A stretch of DNA of 64,000 bases from Felis catus (Eukaryota), in contig NC_058368.1 in assembly GCF_018350175.1 (NCBI RefSeq), positions 115,074,001 through 115,138,000 of the forward strand, written 5' to 3'. The notes beneath the pieces were generated by a model, which saw only the letters and a program-made list of their open reading frames with translations, did not search any database and was not told the DNA's origin. Below are positions 39,299 to 52,270 of this stretch, in pieces (position 1 is the stretch's first letter; each line of letters begins with the position of its first letter). A program made the position numbers and the translations under genes.

Positions 39299-39812
39299 TC
39301 CAGATTTTTTTTTTTTAAGTGGTCTCTCCACCCAACATGTGGCTCAAACTTAGAACCATGAAATCAAGAGTTGCATGTTCTACTGACTGAGCTGGCCAGG
39401 CACCACTTCAATGAGATCATTTTCTTAATTTCTTTTTCTGCTGCTTCATTTTTGGTGTATAGAAATGCAACAGATTTCTGTGCATTGATTTTGTATCCTG
39501 TGACTTTACTGAATTCATTTATCAGTTCTAACATTTTTTTCATGGAATCAATGGATTTTTTTATGGTACAGTTATGTAAATGTATTTTCCTTTCCTTATG
39601 ATTTTTTAATAATACTTTTTCTTTAGCTTATTGTAAGAATACAGTGTGTTACATACAAAATATGTATGTTAGTCAACTGTTTATCAGTAAGGCTCGCAGT
39701 CAACAGTAGGCTATTAGTAGTTAAGTTTTTGGAGACACCATATTTAAACGTAAATTTTTGAGTGTGTGGGGGATCAGAACCCTGAAACCCTATATTGTTC
39801 AAGGGTCAAGTG
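37156..39812 (+). mobile_element. Tigger2a-type (TcMar) MITE split into 37156-37215 and ~39550-39812 by an L1 insertion
   Basis: Degenerate TIRs aaggtgacgcttgaataac / attgttcaagggtcaagtg+TA; halves join into the recalled carnivore Tigger2a consensus. Confidence 0.85.
37364..39549 (-). mobile_element. 5'-truncated carnivore L1 (ORF2 3' part + 3'UTR) containing (TG)n and a short SINE with (GAAA)n tail (~39185-39405)
   Basis: Minus ORFs [29 protein letters not shown] and MKDLKTVRPETIKILEENTG are L1 ORF2. Confidence 0.93.
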
Positions 39813-39849
39813 TATAGCCCTTAAATTCCAACTTTATGGATGTAATAAA

Positions 39850-41504
39850 TACATTAAACACTACTGAGGAAAAAAAATCAGTTAATCTGGAAATGAAGTG
39901 CGGGACATTTCCTGGGACAATTGCTGATAATTAAATACAACTGAAAAACATTAAAACAATCTGGGGAAAACTGCCTACAGAAGAAAATACTATTAGTCTC
40001 ATAACAGATATTTTCATAAGTAATAACAGATACCAGAAGTATAACTAGATATACTATCATTCCACAGCAAAGGCACAATGATGACAGTATCAGGGAAAAC
40101 CAAGAAAGGTTACCACCCACAGGGGCACCTGGGTGGCTCAGTCGGTTAACTATCCGACTTCAGCTCAGGTCATGATCTTATGGTTTGTGGGTTCGAGCCC
40201 TGGGTCGGCCTCTGTGCTGACAGCTCAGAGCCTGGAGCCTGTTTCAGATTCTGTGTCTCATTCATTCTCTCTGCCCATCCCCAACTTGTGCTGTCTCTGT
40301 CTCTCAAAAATAAATAAATGTAAAAAAAAAAAAAAAAATTAGAAAAAAAAAGTTTACCACCCACACACAACTGATGAAAGAGTTGAACCCCAGGAGGAAA
40401 AATTAGGCAAAAAAAAACAAAACAAAACAAAAAAACACAGTAAACCTACAGGTACATAAGAACAAGCATGAACTGTAAAACATTAGCACTGATTATGATA
40501 ATAATGACTAATTTACAAAGCTGGTTAAAAACAAGCTGGAAGGGTGCCTGGGTGGCTCAGTCAGTTAAGCATCCAACTCTTCATTTTGGCACAGGTCATG
40601 ATCTCACGATTTATGGGTTTGAGCCCCACGTTGGGCTCTGCGCTGGCAGCACGGAGCCTGTTTGGGATTCTGTCTCCCTCTCTCTTTTCCCCGCCCCTGC
40701 TTGCTCACTCTCTCTCTCAGAATAAATAAATAACCATTAAAAAAAAAAAGCTGGGAACACAAATTAGACAACAATATCATAGAGAATGAAGACTGAAAAA
40801 ACTGCATTCTTAGAGCTCTCATATTATCTGAGAGGTGGTGGAAAACTTTCCACTTTAGCAGCCCAATCAAGCATGTTAAAACACATCAAGGTAATTACTG
40901 AAATAGATGGCAGAAATTAATCCAAATGTGTTAAGAAATCACACTAAAAGGGAGTGGGTTAAATGCACCCAATAAAAAACAAAGATATTTAACTGGATTA
41001 ATAAAACAAAATCTAGCTAGATGCTGTGTAAAGAAATATTCAAAACAGAATGAGAGAATAATCAAAAGGAATAGAAAAATATAACAAAAAAACACTATCA
41101 GAAAGAAAGCTGATAAATCTATTAATATCAGACAAACTACACTTTAAAGGTAAAAATGACTTCTTAGGGGTAAAGATGATCATAACTTGATGATATAAAG
41201 GTACAATTAACCAGGAGGTTATAAGAATCCTCAATCTATATAAATTTAACAATGTTAACGCAAAATAAAGCAAAAATTGAGCAATTACATGAACAGAAAT
41301 ACATAATCATACAAAGCATTTTATTACAAATTTCTCAAGAAAGAAAGTAAAGTTGGCCTTACAACCTGGCCTTATAAACACCTTGTAAAAAGTGAATTGA
41401 CATATATACACAAATATATAAAATAATACATGTATATACATACAAATATATATGCAAATATATATACAAATATATATACAAATTTATATATATATGTGTG
41501 TGTG

Positions 41505-41549
<45 letters not shown>

Positions 41550-42712
41550 CCATCCATGTATCCAGCAAATAAATAACACTCCTTCTTCAGGGCATTTACA
41601 AAAACTAACCACCTGACAAGCAAAAAAGGGATTCTCAACACATACTAAAGAATCTTTACCATATGTACTCTTTGCCTACAATGCAAAATGCACACATATA
41701 TTTTTTCTTTTAATGTTTATTTTTTTATTTTTGAGAGAGAGAGACAGAACCAGGGAGGGGCAGAGGGGTGGGGGAGACACAGAATCTGAAACAGGCTCCA
41801 GGCTCTGAGCTGTCAGCACACAGCCTGATGTGGGGCTCAAACTCACGAACCATGAGATCATGACCTGAACTGAAGTCAGACACTCAACTGACTGAGCCAC
41901 TCAGGTGCCTCAAAATGCATACATCTATACATACATAAAGGAAAAGAGATGCTGTATTTGGCAAACTCAAACCACATTACTAAATAAATCATGAATCCAA
42001 TAAAAAACCAATTATGAAATAAACTATAGAATATTTAGCTAAATTGTTATCCAAAAAACTAAACCCTTACATCTATTTTCAAATACAAAAATAACTTGAA
42101 AACTTAGAAAACTAACAAAAGAATGAACTCAAAGAGAACATATAAATAATAGTTAATGACAGGAATAAATTAAATCTAAAACCAAACAGGGGCACTGACA
42201 GTGCACAGCCTCCTTGGGATTCTTGCTCTCTGCCCCTCCCTCACTCACGCTATATACAAATAAATAAAACTTTATAAAAATTTTAAAAAAAGAATAACAA
42301 AAAAGGATTTGTTTTACCTTAAACAGAGGCATATAAAGCTATTGTAATTGAAATAACATGAGATTGGTTCAAGGATTAAAAAAAGAGACCAATGGAAAAG
42401 AATACAGACTCAGACAAATAAGGGAACTCAATAATCCACTGGGGAGATGATAGACTACTCATTACATGGTGCCAGAACTAAATGACCAGAAGGTAAAAAC
42501 TGAAATTAAATCTATGTATCACAGGATGGAAAATATAAATTTTAGAATAAAAACTAAGTATCACAGGGGCACCTGGGTGGCTCAGTGGCTTGAGCGCCCA
42601 ACTCTTGATTTTGGCTCAGGTCATGATCTCAAGATTCGTGGGATCAAGCCCTGCAACGGGCTCTGCACTGGCAGCACAGAGCCTGCTTGGGATATTCTCT
42701 CTCTCCCCCCAC

Positions 42713-42768
<56 letters not shown>

Positions 42769-43740
42769 TTATTTATTTATTTATTTTGAGAAACATTAAA
42801 ACAAACAAACAAAACTAAGTGTCACAACTTTATACTCTGGAGATTCTAATATAAGAGGATTATCTTTACAGCCTCAAAGTAAGGAAGAGTTTCTTAAAAC
42901 ATCAACAGAACCAAATGTAAACAAAAAGTGCTAATTTTGACTTTACAAAAATACTTTAAGACATCTATACCAAAAAGCAACATAAGCAATGTGAAATGAC
43001 AAGCCACATACTAGAAAATATTTGCTACGCATATAACAAAAGATTTGTATCCAGACTAATCTTAAATATAATGAAAATATTTTTATTTAGGTATCAGGAT
43101 TATATAAAAACGTTTTTCAATACCCACTAAGCAATAAACAAAAGACTCAATGGAAAAATGGGGAACAGAAGAAGTTTTTTTTAAATGTGGCAGTCCTGAG
43201 AAGACAAAAGCATACAAAAACAATGTGTTCAACCAAAAGAAAGGAAGGGAGAGGGAAGGAAGAAGGACATTTCTGAGCAATATATACAGTATGATTCCAA
43301 TTATGGGATGAAAAAGTATTCAACCTCTATAGTAGTCAGGGAAAAGTGAATTAAGACAAACAAAACACATGGGGTGCCTGGGTGGCACAGTCGGTTAAGC
43401 ATCTGATTCTTGATATCAGCTAGGGTCTTGATCCCAGGGTTGTGAGATCAAGCCCTGTATTGGGCTCATGCTGGCAGCGTGGAGCCTACTTGGGATTCTC
43501 TTTCCCACTCTATGCCCCTCCCCCACTCATGCCTGCATGCACCTGAGTGCTCTCTCAAAATAAATAAATAAACATTAAAAAAAAAAAAAGAGGAACAAGA
43601 TAGCATTTCACACCCACTAGATTGCCCCAAAGTGAAGACAGGTATATAATAAAGCATGAAAAATAGATATGGCACATATAAAATTTAGAACACTAGTTAG
43701 CTCTGGGGAAAAAAGGGAAATACTATTAAAAAGGGTTATG
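39850..43740 (+). mobile_element. Ancient fragmented L1M hosting SINEs at ~40122-40350 (+), 40542-40748 (+), 41700-41910 (-), 42188-42290 (+), 42566-42810 (+), 43371-43590 (+)
   Basis: L1 EN start-like sequence at ~40920-41100; SINE TSDs such as ttaccacccaca, caaaatgca(c/t)acat, aaaactaagt(a/g)tcaca. Confidence 0.7.
41400..41547. repeat. Compound (TA)/(TG)/(CA) microsatellite
   Basis: Directly visible. Confidence 0.95.
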
Positions 43741-43742
43741 AA

Positions 43743-45218
43743 TTGGCACAAAAACAGACACTCAGATCAATGGAACAGAATAGAGAACCCAGAAATGGAC
43801 CCACAAACGTATGGCCAACTAATATTTGACAAAACAGGAAAGAATATTCTGGAATAAAGAATATTCTGACTGGAATAAAGACAGTCTCTTCAGAAAAGGG
43901 TGCTGGGAAAATTGGACAGCGACATGCAGAAAAATGAACCTTACACCATACACAAAAATAAACTCAAAATGGATGAAAGACCTAAATGTAAGACAAGAAG
44001 CCATCAAAATCCTAGACGAGAAAGCAGGCAAAAACCTCTTTGACCTCAGTCGAAGCAACTTCTTACTCAACACGTCTCCAAAGGCAAGGGAAACAAAAAC
44101 AAAAATGAACTATTGGGACCTCATCAAAATAAAAAGTTTCTGTGCAGCAAAGGAAACAATCAGCAAAACTAAAAGTCAACTGACAGAATGGGAGAAGATA
44201 TCTGCAAAAGACGTATCAGATAAGGGACTAGTATCCAAAATCTATATAAAGAACTTATCAAACTCAATACCCAAAAAAACAATCCAGTGAAGAAATGGCA
44301 GAAGCCATGAATAGACACTTTTTCAGAAAAGACATCCAGATGGCTAATAGACACTTGAAAAAGATGCTCAACATCACTCATCATCAGGGAAATATAAATT
44401 AAAACCACAATGAGATACTACCTCATACCAGTCAGAATGGCTAAAATTAATAACTCAAGCAACAACAGATATTGGTGAGGATACGGAGAAAGAGGATCTC
44501 TTTTGCACTGCTAGTGAGAATGCAAACTGGTGCAGCCACTCTGGAAAACAGTAAGGAGGTTCCTCAAAAAATTAAAAATAGAACTACCCTACGACCCAGC
44601 AATTGCACTCCTGGGTATTATCCAAGGGTTAACAGGGATGCTGTTTCGAAGGGACACATGCACCCCAATGTTTATAGCAGCACTATCAACAATAGCCAAA
44701 GTATGGAAAGAGCCCAAATGTCCATTGATGGATGAATGGATAAAGATGATGTGGTATATATATACAATGGAGTATTAGTCGGCAAATCAAAATAAATGAC
44801 AAAGAATGAAATCTTGCCATTTACAACAACATGGATGAAACTAGACGGTATTATACTAAGCGAAGTAAGTCACAGAAAGACAAGTATCATTATGACTTCA
44901 CTCATAAGTGGAATTTAAGATACAAAACAGATGAACATAAGGGAAGGGAAGCAAAAATAATATAAAAACAGAGGGGGACAAAACATAAGAGACAAATACA
45001 GAGAACAAACTGAAGGTCGTTGGAGGGGCTACAGGTGGAAGGAAGGGCTAAATGGGTGAGGAACATTAAAGAAGACACTTGTTGGGATGAGCATGGGCTG
45101 TTATACATAGGGGATGAATCACTGGATCTACACCTGAAATCATTATTGCACTATATGCTAACTAGGACATAAATTAAAAATAATAAACTTAAAAAATAAA
45201 AATGAATAAAGCAAAAAA
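43743..45218 (+). mobile_element. 5'-truncated felid L1 (ORF2 C-terminal part + 3'UTR)
   Basis: [30 protein letters not shown]; several frameshifts; A-rich tail. Confidence 0.94.
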
Positions 45219-45275
45219 ATTATGAAAGGTTTTCTACTGTTTCCAATATTTCATTCTTTAGAAAAATCTGAGGCT

Positions 45276-46171
45276 GGGGCTCCTGGGTGGCTCAGTCGGT
45301 TAAGCGTCCAACTTTGGCTCAGGTCATGATCTTGCAGTCTGTGAGTTCGAGCCCCGCGTTGGGCTCTGTGCTGACAGCTCAGAGCCTGGAGCCTGTTTCA
45401 GATTCTGTGTCTTCCTCTCTCTCTGACCCTCCCCTGTTCATGCTCTGTCTCTCTCTGTCTCAAAAGTAAATAAACGTTAAAAAAAAAAATTTTTTTTTAA
45501 TCTGAGGCTAATAAAGTAACCTTAAGTTTATTAAATCTAAATAGTGAGTCTAAGATTTCCTAAACTCCTCTTTATGTCTGAAATGTATATTTTTTTAATT
45601 TGAGAGAGAGGGCGAGAGAGTGCATGCAAAAGTGGGGAAGTGGGGAAGAGGAGCAGAGGGAGAGGCAGAGAGATAGAGAATCTGAAGCACATTCTACCCT
45701 CAGTGTGGAGCCCAATTCCACAACACTGGGATCATGACTTGAGCCGAAATCAAGTCAGACGCTCAACCTACTGAGCCACCAAGGTGCCCTCGAAATATTT
45801 CATATTTTTAAAATAACATCAAGAGAAAAACATTTATGTATCCCTGGCTAGAAAAGGCTTTAGTATGTCATAAAAAACAGAAACCATGAAATAAGAGATT
45901 AACAATTTTGTCTAAGTAGACATTTTTAAGTTCAATATAGAAAATACCATAGGCGCACCTGGATGGCTCTGTTGGTTAAGTGTCCAACTTGGGCTCAGGT
46001 CATGATCTCACATTTTGTGGGTTCGAGCCCCATGTGGGGCTCTGTACTGACAGCTCAGAGCCTGGAGCCTGAAAGGGATTCTGTGTCTCCCTCTCTCTCT
46101 GCTCCTACCTCTCTCGTGCTCTGCCTCTCTCTGTCTCAAAAATAGATAAAACATTAAAAAAAATTTTTTTA
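45276..46171. mobile_element. Three SINEs: + 45276-45497, - ~45590-45790, + ~45952-46171
   Basis: TSDs aatctgaggct and agaaaataccata. Confidence 0.9.
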
Positions 46172-47809
46172 AGAAAATACCATAAATAAGGCTGAAAGAG
46201 AAATGACAAACTTGGAAAAAATATTTTTAACACAAAAGGTTAGTATCTAAAATGTAAAGACCTCTATTGTTTCAACAATGAGGTGCCACATTAATTGTTC
46301 TACAAATTAATTCAATTAATTTATAGCTCCTTTGAAGAAACAGTTTCTGAGGTCCCTGCAGGATTTAGCTCTGACCCCAGGAAGACTAATCCCAACTGTT
46401 TCATTCCCTCTTGAAAACTAGCCAGACTATAGTCTGGGCTATAGATTTGTTAATTCCATCAACCTCCTCTGAGTTGCTTTCCACCACTACCTCCAATGTT
46501 CATGAGAGTGTCCTTGGGTTTGCACTTCTATACACTCTTGCAAATGAAGTCATAGCCACTGGGAACAGATCAGTACCTATCTGTTTTTATGCCCTTATTT
46601 TTCTCCAGGCAAAATCTGTGAGCCAGGGCTCCGGAGCTGGGAGTGGTGACAATGACAAGCTTCTGAATGACACCCTCACTCTAGGAGTTGATTGCTTAGT
46701 GGGTTGGGGGACAGCAGCCTGAGGTTCTCTCAGCTTGCTTCTCCCAGCATGGTACTACCACCTCCTGAGCCAGGGTGAGGGTGACTAAGGTCTTAGTGTT
46801 CTCAGTGCTCCACAACCAGGTTAGAGATTCCATTCCACAGGCAGGAGATGGGCAGGAAAATGTACTCTTTCACAACAGCCTCAGCAATAGGAAGCTCAGG
46901 ACAGGATGTGAAATGCTCAACTTCTACTCCTTCCAAGAAGAAAGGCCAACTGGGAACTAGGGGTAGAGGGAAGCCTGTGTTCTAAACTGCAGCAGTGTGA
47001 AGTAGACAAGTGGGGAGGAAGAGCACTGTCTTGGTTCAAGTAACAAAAACTCTCGTCTTTCTTACTGAGTTTACATACATATGCTTGAATAGACACTTTC
47101 TTTTTTGCTGTCTTCCCTTAGGACCATTTGCAGAGACTTAAAAAAAATTTTTTTTAAAGAATTTTCACCAGTTACACTGGGCAGTGGGTCAGCAAACCTC
47201 CTGATACTTTCATGGTAGAAATCAATCTCTCCTATATAATTTCTTTGTTTTAAATAAGTATATTCTCTACAAAACCAGTAACACTCAAAACAAAAATAAA
47301 AACAGAAACAGAGGAAGAGGAAGAGAGAGAAACTGAAGCCTGTAGGAGGTAGGAATGAAATGGTTTTTAAATCCCATTCTGGCTACCTCTCTGACTCTGT
47401 AGTTCCACTCTCCTCTTTACACAAAGATTTGAATTATCCTCTAAGAACCTCTAAGAACAGTCACTTACTTAATGAGAAGCCTGGCAAACCTGAAGTACCC
47501 TCAACTTTGGGAAGCATGGTATAATCTTCCTTAAATCCAGATGTTAATAAAATGCACATGGAACCAAGGAAGAAATGTCATAGGCAATGAAATCATGGTG
47601 GCAACTACTGTGTAGAGCTGTTGAAAATGACATTAGAGCCTAGTTTTCAGGCCAAGCAAGTAGGCTAAGAATCCTATAGTCAAATCCATGTCCCCTCCTT
47701 TTTGCCAAGAGCTACTCCTGGTACTTGATAACAAATCTGTCAAAAATCTGCTTTCATAGCCCCATCTTTGCATAGTTTCATGACATCGCTAGAAAACATT
47801 CTTTCATTT

Positions 47810-48020
47810 GTTTTTTAATTTTTTTAAGTTTATCTGTGTATTTTGAGAAAGAGACAGAGAGAGCAGGGGAGGGGCAGAGAGGGGGAAAGAGAGAACCTCA
47901 AGCAGGCTCTGCGCGGTCAGCAAAGAGCCCAATGTGGGGCCCAAACTCAAAATCTGAGATCATGACCTGAGCTGAAAACCAAGAGTCAGATGCTTAACCA
48001 ACTGAGCCATCCAGGTGCCC
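47810..48020 (-). mobile_element. CAN-SINE
   Basis: SINE body; degenerate TSD ctagaa..catt. Confidence 0.88.
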
Positions 48021-48684
48021 CTAGAACATTTTTTTCTTAATCATCCTGCTTGAGAATCAGTGGGCTTTTTGAATTACAATTCATGTCTTTCATCAATTTT
48101 GGAAAAGTATCAACCAAACCTCTTTAAATAAAGCCTCTCTCCCATTCTCTTTATCCTTCTAGAACTCATGTTATACTTTCCGTTCTATTCTCTTTTCCTC
48201 TTAACCTCTTTTTTCCCTTTTCATTTTTCCATTTCTGTCTCTCCATGCTGTACTTCGGGTAACTGTCAATTCTGTATTCCAGTTCACTTAATTATTCCTC
48301 AGCTGTGTCTATCCAGTTATTTGCCTTATCAATACTTAATTTTTAACTGCAATTATTATATGTTCCAATTCTAGAAGGCCTATTTGGATCTCTTCCAAAT
48401 TTTGCTGGACATTGTCATTTTTGATAGTACATTATTCTTTACTCATACTTTTGATAAAATCTTTTATTTCTTTGAATATAGTAAGAGAATTATTTTAACT
48501 TTGTACCCTCAGAATTTTACTACCTATAATTTCACAGGTCTGATTATGTTGCTTCTGTTGTCTTTTACAGATAATGCCTTATTTTTTGGACTGTTTTGTG
48601 ATATTTTTATTGTAAGCTCCTAATCATTGGAATTTTTTCTTTGTGGAGACGCTTTCAGGCCTACATTTAAGATGTATTCTTCCA

Positions 48685-49166
48685 GGGGCACCTGGGGCTC
48701 AGTCGGTCAGCATCTAACTTCCGCTCAGGTCATGATCTCACAGTTCGTGAGTCTGAGCCCTGCATCAGGCTTTGTGCTGACAGCTCAGAGCCTGGAGCCT
48801 GCTTCGGATTCTGTGTCTCCCTCTTCTCTCTGTTCCTCCCCTGCTTGCTCGCTCTTGCTCTCTCTCGCTCTCTCTCTCTCTCTCCCTCCCTCCCACCTGC
48901 AAAAATAAATAAAGATTTTTTAAAAATTAGAAAAAAAAAGACATATTCCTCCAGGGGTGCCTGGTTGGCTCAGTTGGTTCAGTGTCCAACACTGGCTCAG
49001 GTCACGATCTCACAGTTTTTGAGTTTGAACCCTGCGTCAGGCTTGCTGCTATCAGCACAGAGACCACTTCAGATCTTCTATTCCCCTCTCTCTCTGTCCC
49101 TCCCCTGCTGGCACTCTCACACTCAAAAATAAATTTTAAAACATTTTAAAGAGTTAAAAAAAAAAA
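48685..49166 (+). mobile_element. Tandem CAN-SINEs (48685-48937, 48954-49166)
   Basis: Three copies of one 16-bp target site. Confidence 0.93.
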
Positions 49167-49244
49167 AAGATGTGTTCCTCCAAAGAGGACTTATATACAT
49201 GTTTCTATTAGTAACCTGCAAATTTTGCCTATTGGGAACATTTT

Positions 49245-50684
49245 TTTTTAACTTATTCTTATGTAAACTTTCATATAGACTGAAGTAGACAGAGAATGGT
49301 ATGATAATCTTGCCCAGACCCATAACTCAGCTTTTAAAATTATGAAGTCATGGACAGTCCTGTTTCATCTATACCCCCACCCATGCACTTACACATTTCC
49401 TCCATACAAGCATAAAGCAAAACTCACACAGCCTATCATTCTACTCATAAATTTTTTGGTATGTTTCTCTAAAATGACTTCAAAAAACACACAATACCAT
49501 TTCACATTAAAAACTTTTAACAATAATTCCTCAGGATTATTAAATACTAAGGAATTGTTTGAATGACTCCAATTATCTCAATTTTTTAAGAGATTGCTGA
49601 TTTGGTCAGGATCTAAATACAGTATAATTGTTTGATACTTATCTTAATTATCTTTTAATTTACAGGCTTCATTCCATTTTTTCTTATAATTTGTTTGTTG
49701 AAAAATTCCGTAATTCTACAGTTTCAAACAGTCTAGGTTTCTCTGATTATGTGTCCATTACATCACTTAATATAGCCCCTGTCCCCAGTATTTCCTTTAA
49801 ATTAGAAGTTGGATCTTGATCAGATTCAGATTTGATTTTCTATCCAGATGACTTCATGGGTGGTGGTGTGTACTTCTATAAGAAGGCATGTCCAAGTCAA
49901 GTTCCCTAGAAAATAGATTCTAGGACTTGTAGGCAAGTGGTTTACTACCAAGTGCCCTTGGGAACATTATCTTTGAGGGACGAGGGAATCAAGATTAGAC
50001 AATGAGAGAAGGTGGACTGTGATGCAGTTCCAAAAGAGGTCTCACTTGATCCCACAGGGAGTTCTAGAGATAGAATAGTTTTTCAGAGTTGTCCCCTTTG
50101 AGGCAAGGGTAGAAGTCCTTTAAACCTCTGGCAGCAAGTGGGCAGCCCCAGAAAGAGGCCATAACCTTGGGTAAAGCAGGTTTATTCTGGGTTAATTCTT
50201 GGAGGAACAGAATCATGAGCCTTGAGTAGCTAATACTCCCAGACTTGTGGAAATAAATGCCTTGGTTGGTCTTGAAGGGATATCTGGATGTACATCACAC
50301 CATCCACTGCAAGGCATATAATGTTCGATTCCATTTCTTTGTGGGATGTTAGCAGCCACTGATGATCATTGCCAAGATCCAATGATTCATTAAACATTAT
50401 AAAATGGTGATATTCTAACTCCAGTCTTCCTTTTTTAGCTAGAATTTCTCTGTCAAGATGAACTTCCCTTCATCAACTATTTGAGTACACTGAAGTTTCT
50501 CATCATATGGAAAGGTAGGATAAATGCTTTATTATTTCTATTTATTTGGTACTTTTCATTAGAAATTGGTTTCCCACCCAGTAGCCTCCAAAGATGATTA
50601 ATGAAATAGGCTAATTTTTTTAAACATGATGATGAACTTGGGGATATATAGATATATAGATATTTGATTTGATACATATATTTG

Positions 50685-50729
<45 letters not shown>

Positions 50730-52270
50730 ATTTGCTTTAATTCATTGCAGTTATGATAGCCAATGGAAACTATTTCATGTTGACTAATGAGTCCTTGACA
50801 CAAGACCCTACTAAGTGTTTCAGAGGTTCCTTATTTTCTATTATGACAAGATATTCACCATCATTTTGTACATGTCTTAGTCCAGACTTGACTTCTGCAA
50901 TTTCTCCAAGAAATCACAGTTCCTTTTAGTGGAAAATCTAATTTTAGACAGAAATGGTATTTAGAAAAGACAATCTAGAATGAGAATTGATCATTGTTAT
51001 TGGGTTTAACACATACCTAATGGAAAGAGAAAAAAAAAAAAAACCAACACTTTTTAAGGAAAAAAATTCATCATGAGTTCATACTAGTACTTCCAACTCA
51101 AAGTCAGGACTAAGGGGGATTTTACACAATCTCCAATTTTACATTAGTATTTCCCTTCTGTCATGCTGAAAATCCTGGTTCTCAGAGAAACCAGCATAAT
51201 TATTCATCTGTTTCATCCCACAATTCAGTCTCAGAATAACAACACCAACACTTCCATCAACACTAAGATATCTGAAGTTTTGCAGGCTTTTTTTGCCTTT
51301 AGGATATATCCAAATAGAGATGTACAAATTATTGGGTTTCAAAATCATACAAAATAGTTCTCCCTGTGTGATTATGCCACCAATTCTATAGATAGATTCA
51401 ACTGTTTCATTTAGCTCTTAATTTTTATACTCTGAGTTTTTTAACTATATAAAATATCTGCATAACTGGAAAGTCCCACTCCCTATAACATAACCATCTA
51501 TCCTTCATTTTTAAAAATAGAAGCATATGCACACGATTAATAGCAGTTATTCATACTTTACCTGCTTTTTCTCATTTAACAACGTATCCTAAAATGTGTC
51601 ACAATAGAAATAGTCTATATTATATAAAAATATTCTTTGAGCTTTTCTATGACCATGTAGTACTCCATGCAGTAAGTTATATAATTCATTTGGTCAGTTT
51701 CCTAATGATGGACATTCCTGCATTCTGCTATTACAAAAAGCAAATGCATAATGTTATAATGAGTGCTACCATGAATAATGGTGAACACACATATCATTTC
51801 ATATTTTTACCAATGTACTTTAGGGATAGAATTCTGGGAGTAGAACTATCATTATTACAAGGGGAGAAAATAATAAGCAATTTTGCTAGGTACTGCCAAA
51901 TTTCTTTCAATAAGGACCGTACCATTTTATAGTTCCACCAACAACGTATGAGAACCTATTTCATGACAACTTCACAAAACAAGTATGCTATCAACGTTTG
52001 GATTTCTGCCAATCTGTAGGTGAGAAACAGTATCTTGGTATAGTTTTAATTGGTTTTTCTCTTCTTATGAGTGAGCATTTTTTCACATGGTTAAGCCATT
52101 TACATTTTTTTTTAATTCTGCGAACTGTGTGTGTCTAGCCCATTTTTCGGTAGGGTTATTATTAGTTGTGTTTATTCTCTATTTTTAGGTGTTCTTTATA
52201 AATATTAGGAGTATTAATGCTATATCTGTAATATAACTTGCAAACATTTTTTCCAGTTATTTATTGAGAC
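49245..52270 (-). mobile_element. Old L1MC-type 3' region interrupted by an LTR and (TA)n (~50640-50727)
   Basis: 3' terminus aacttattcttatgtaaactttca..agtagacagagaatggtatgat; ORF2-end-like sequence at ~51900-52260. Confidence 0.7.
49889..50311 (-). mobile_element. ERVL/MaLR-class solo LTR (MLT2-like), 423 bp
   Basis: TG...CA termini with perfect 5-bp TSD AGGCA (49884-49888, 50312-50316). Confidence 0.85.

Noticed and set aside
45287..45469. Recurrent small-protein family MAQSVKRPT...QVMISQFVSSSP
   Set aside because: It is the translation of the CAN-SINE body, repeated wherever the SINE occurs.
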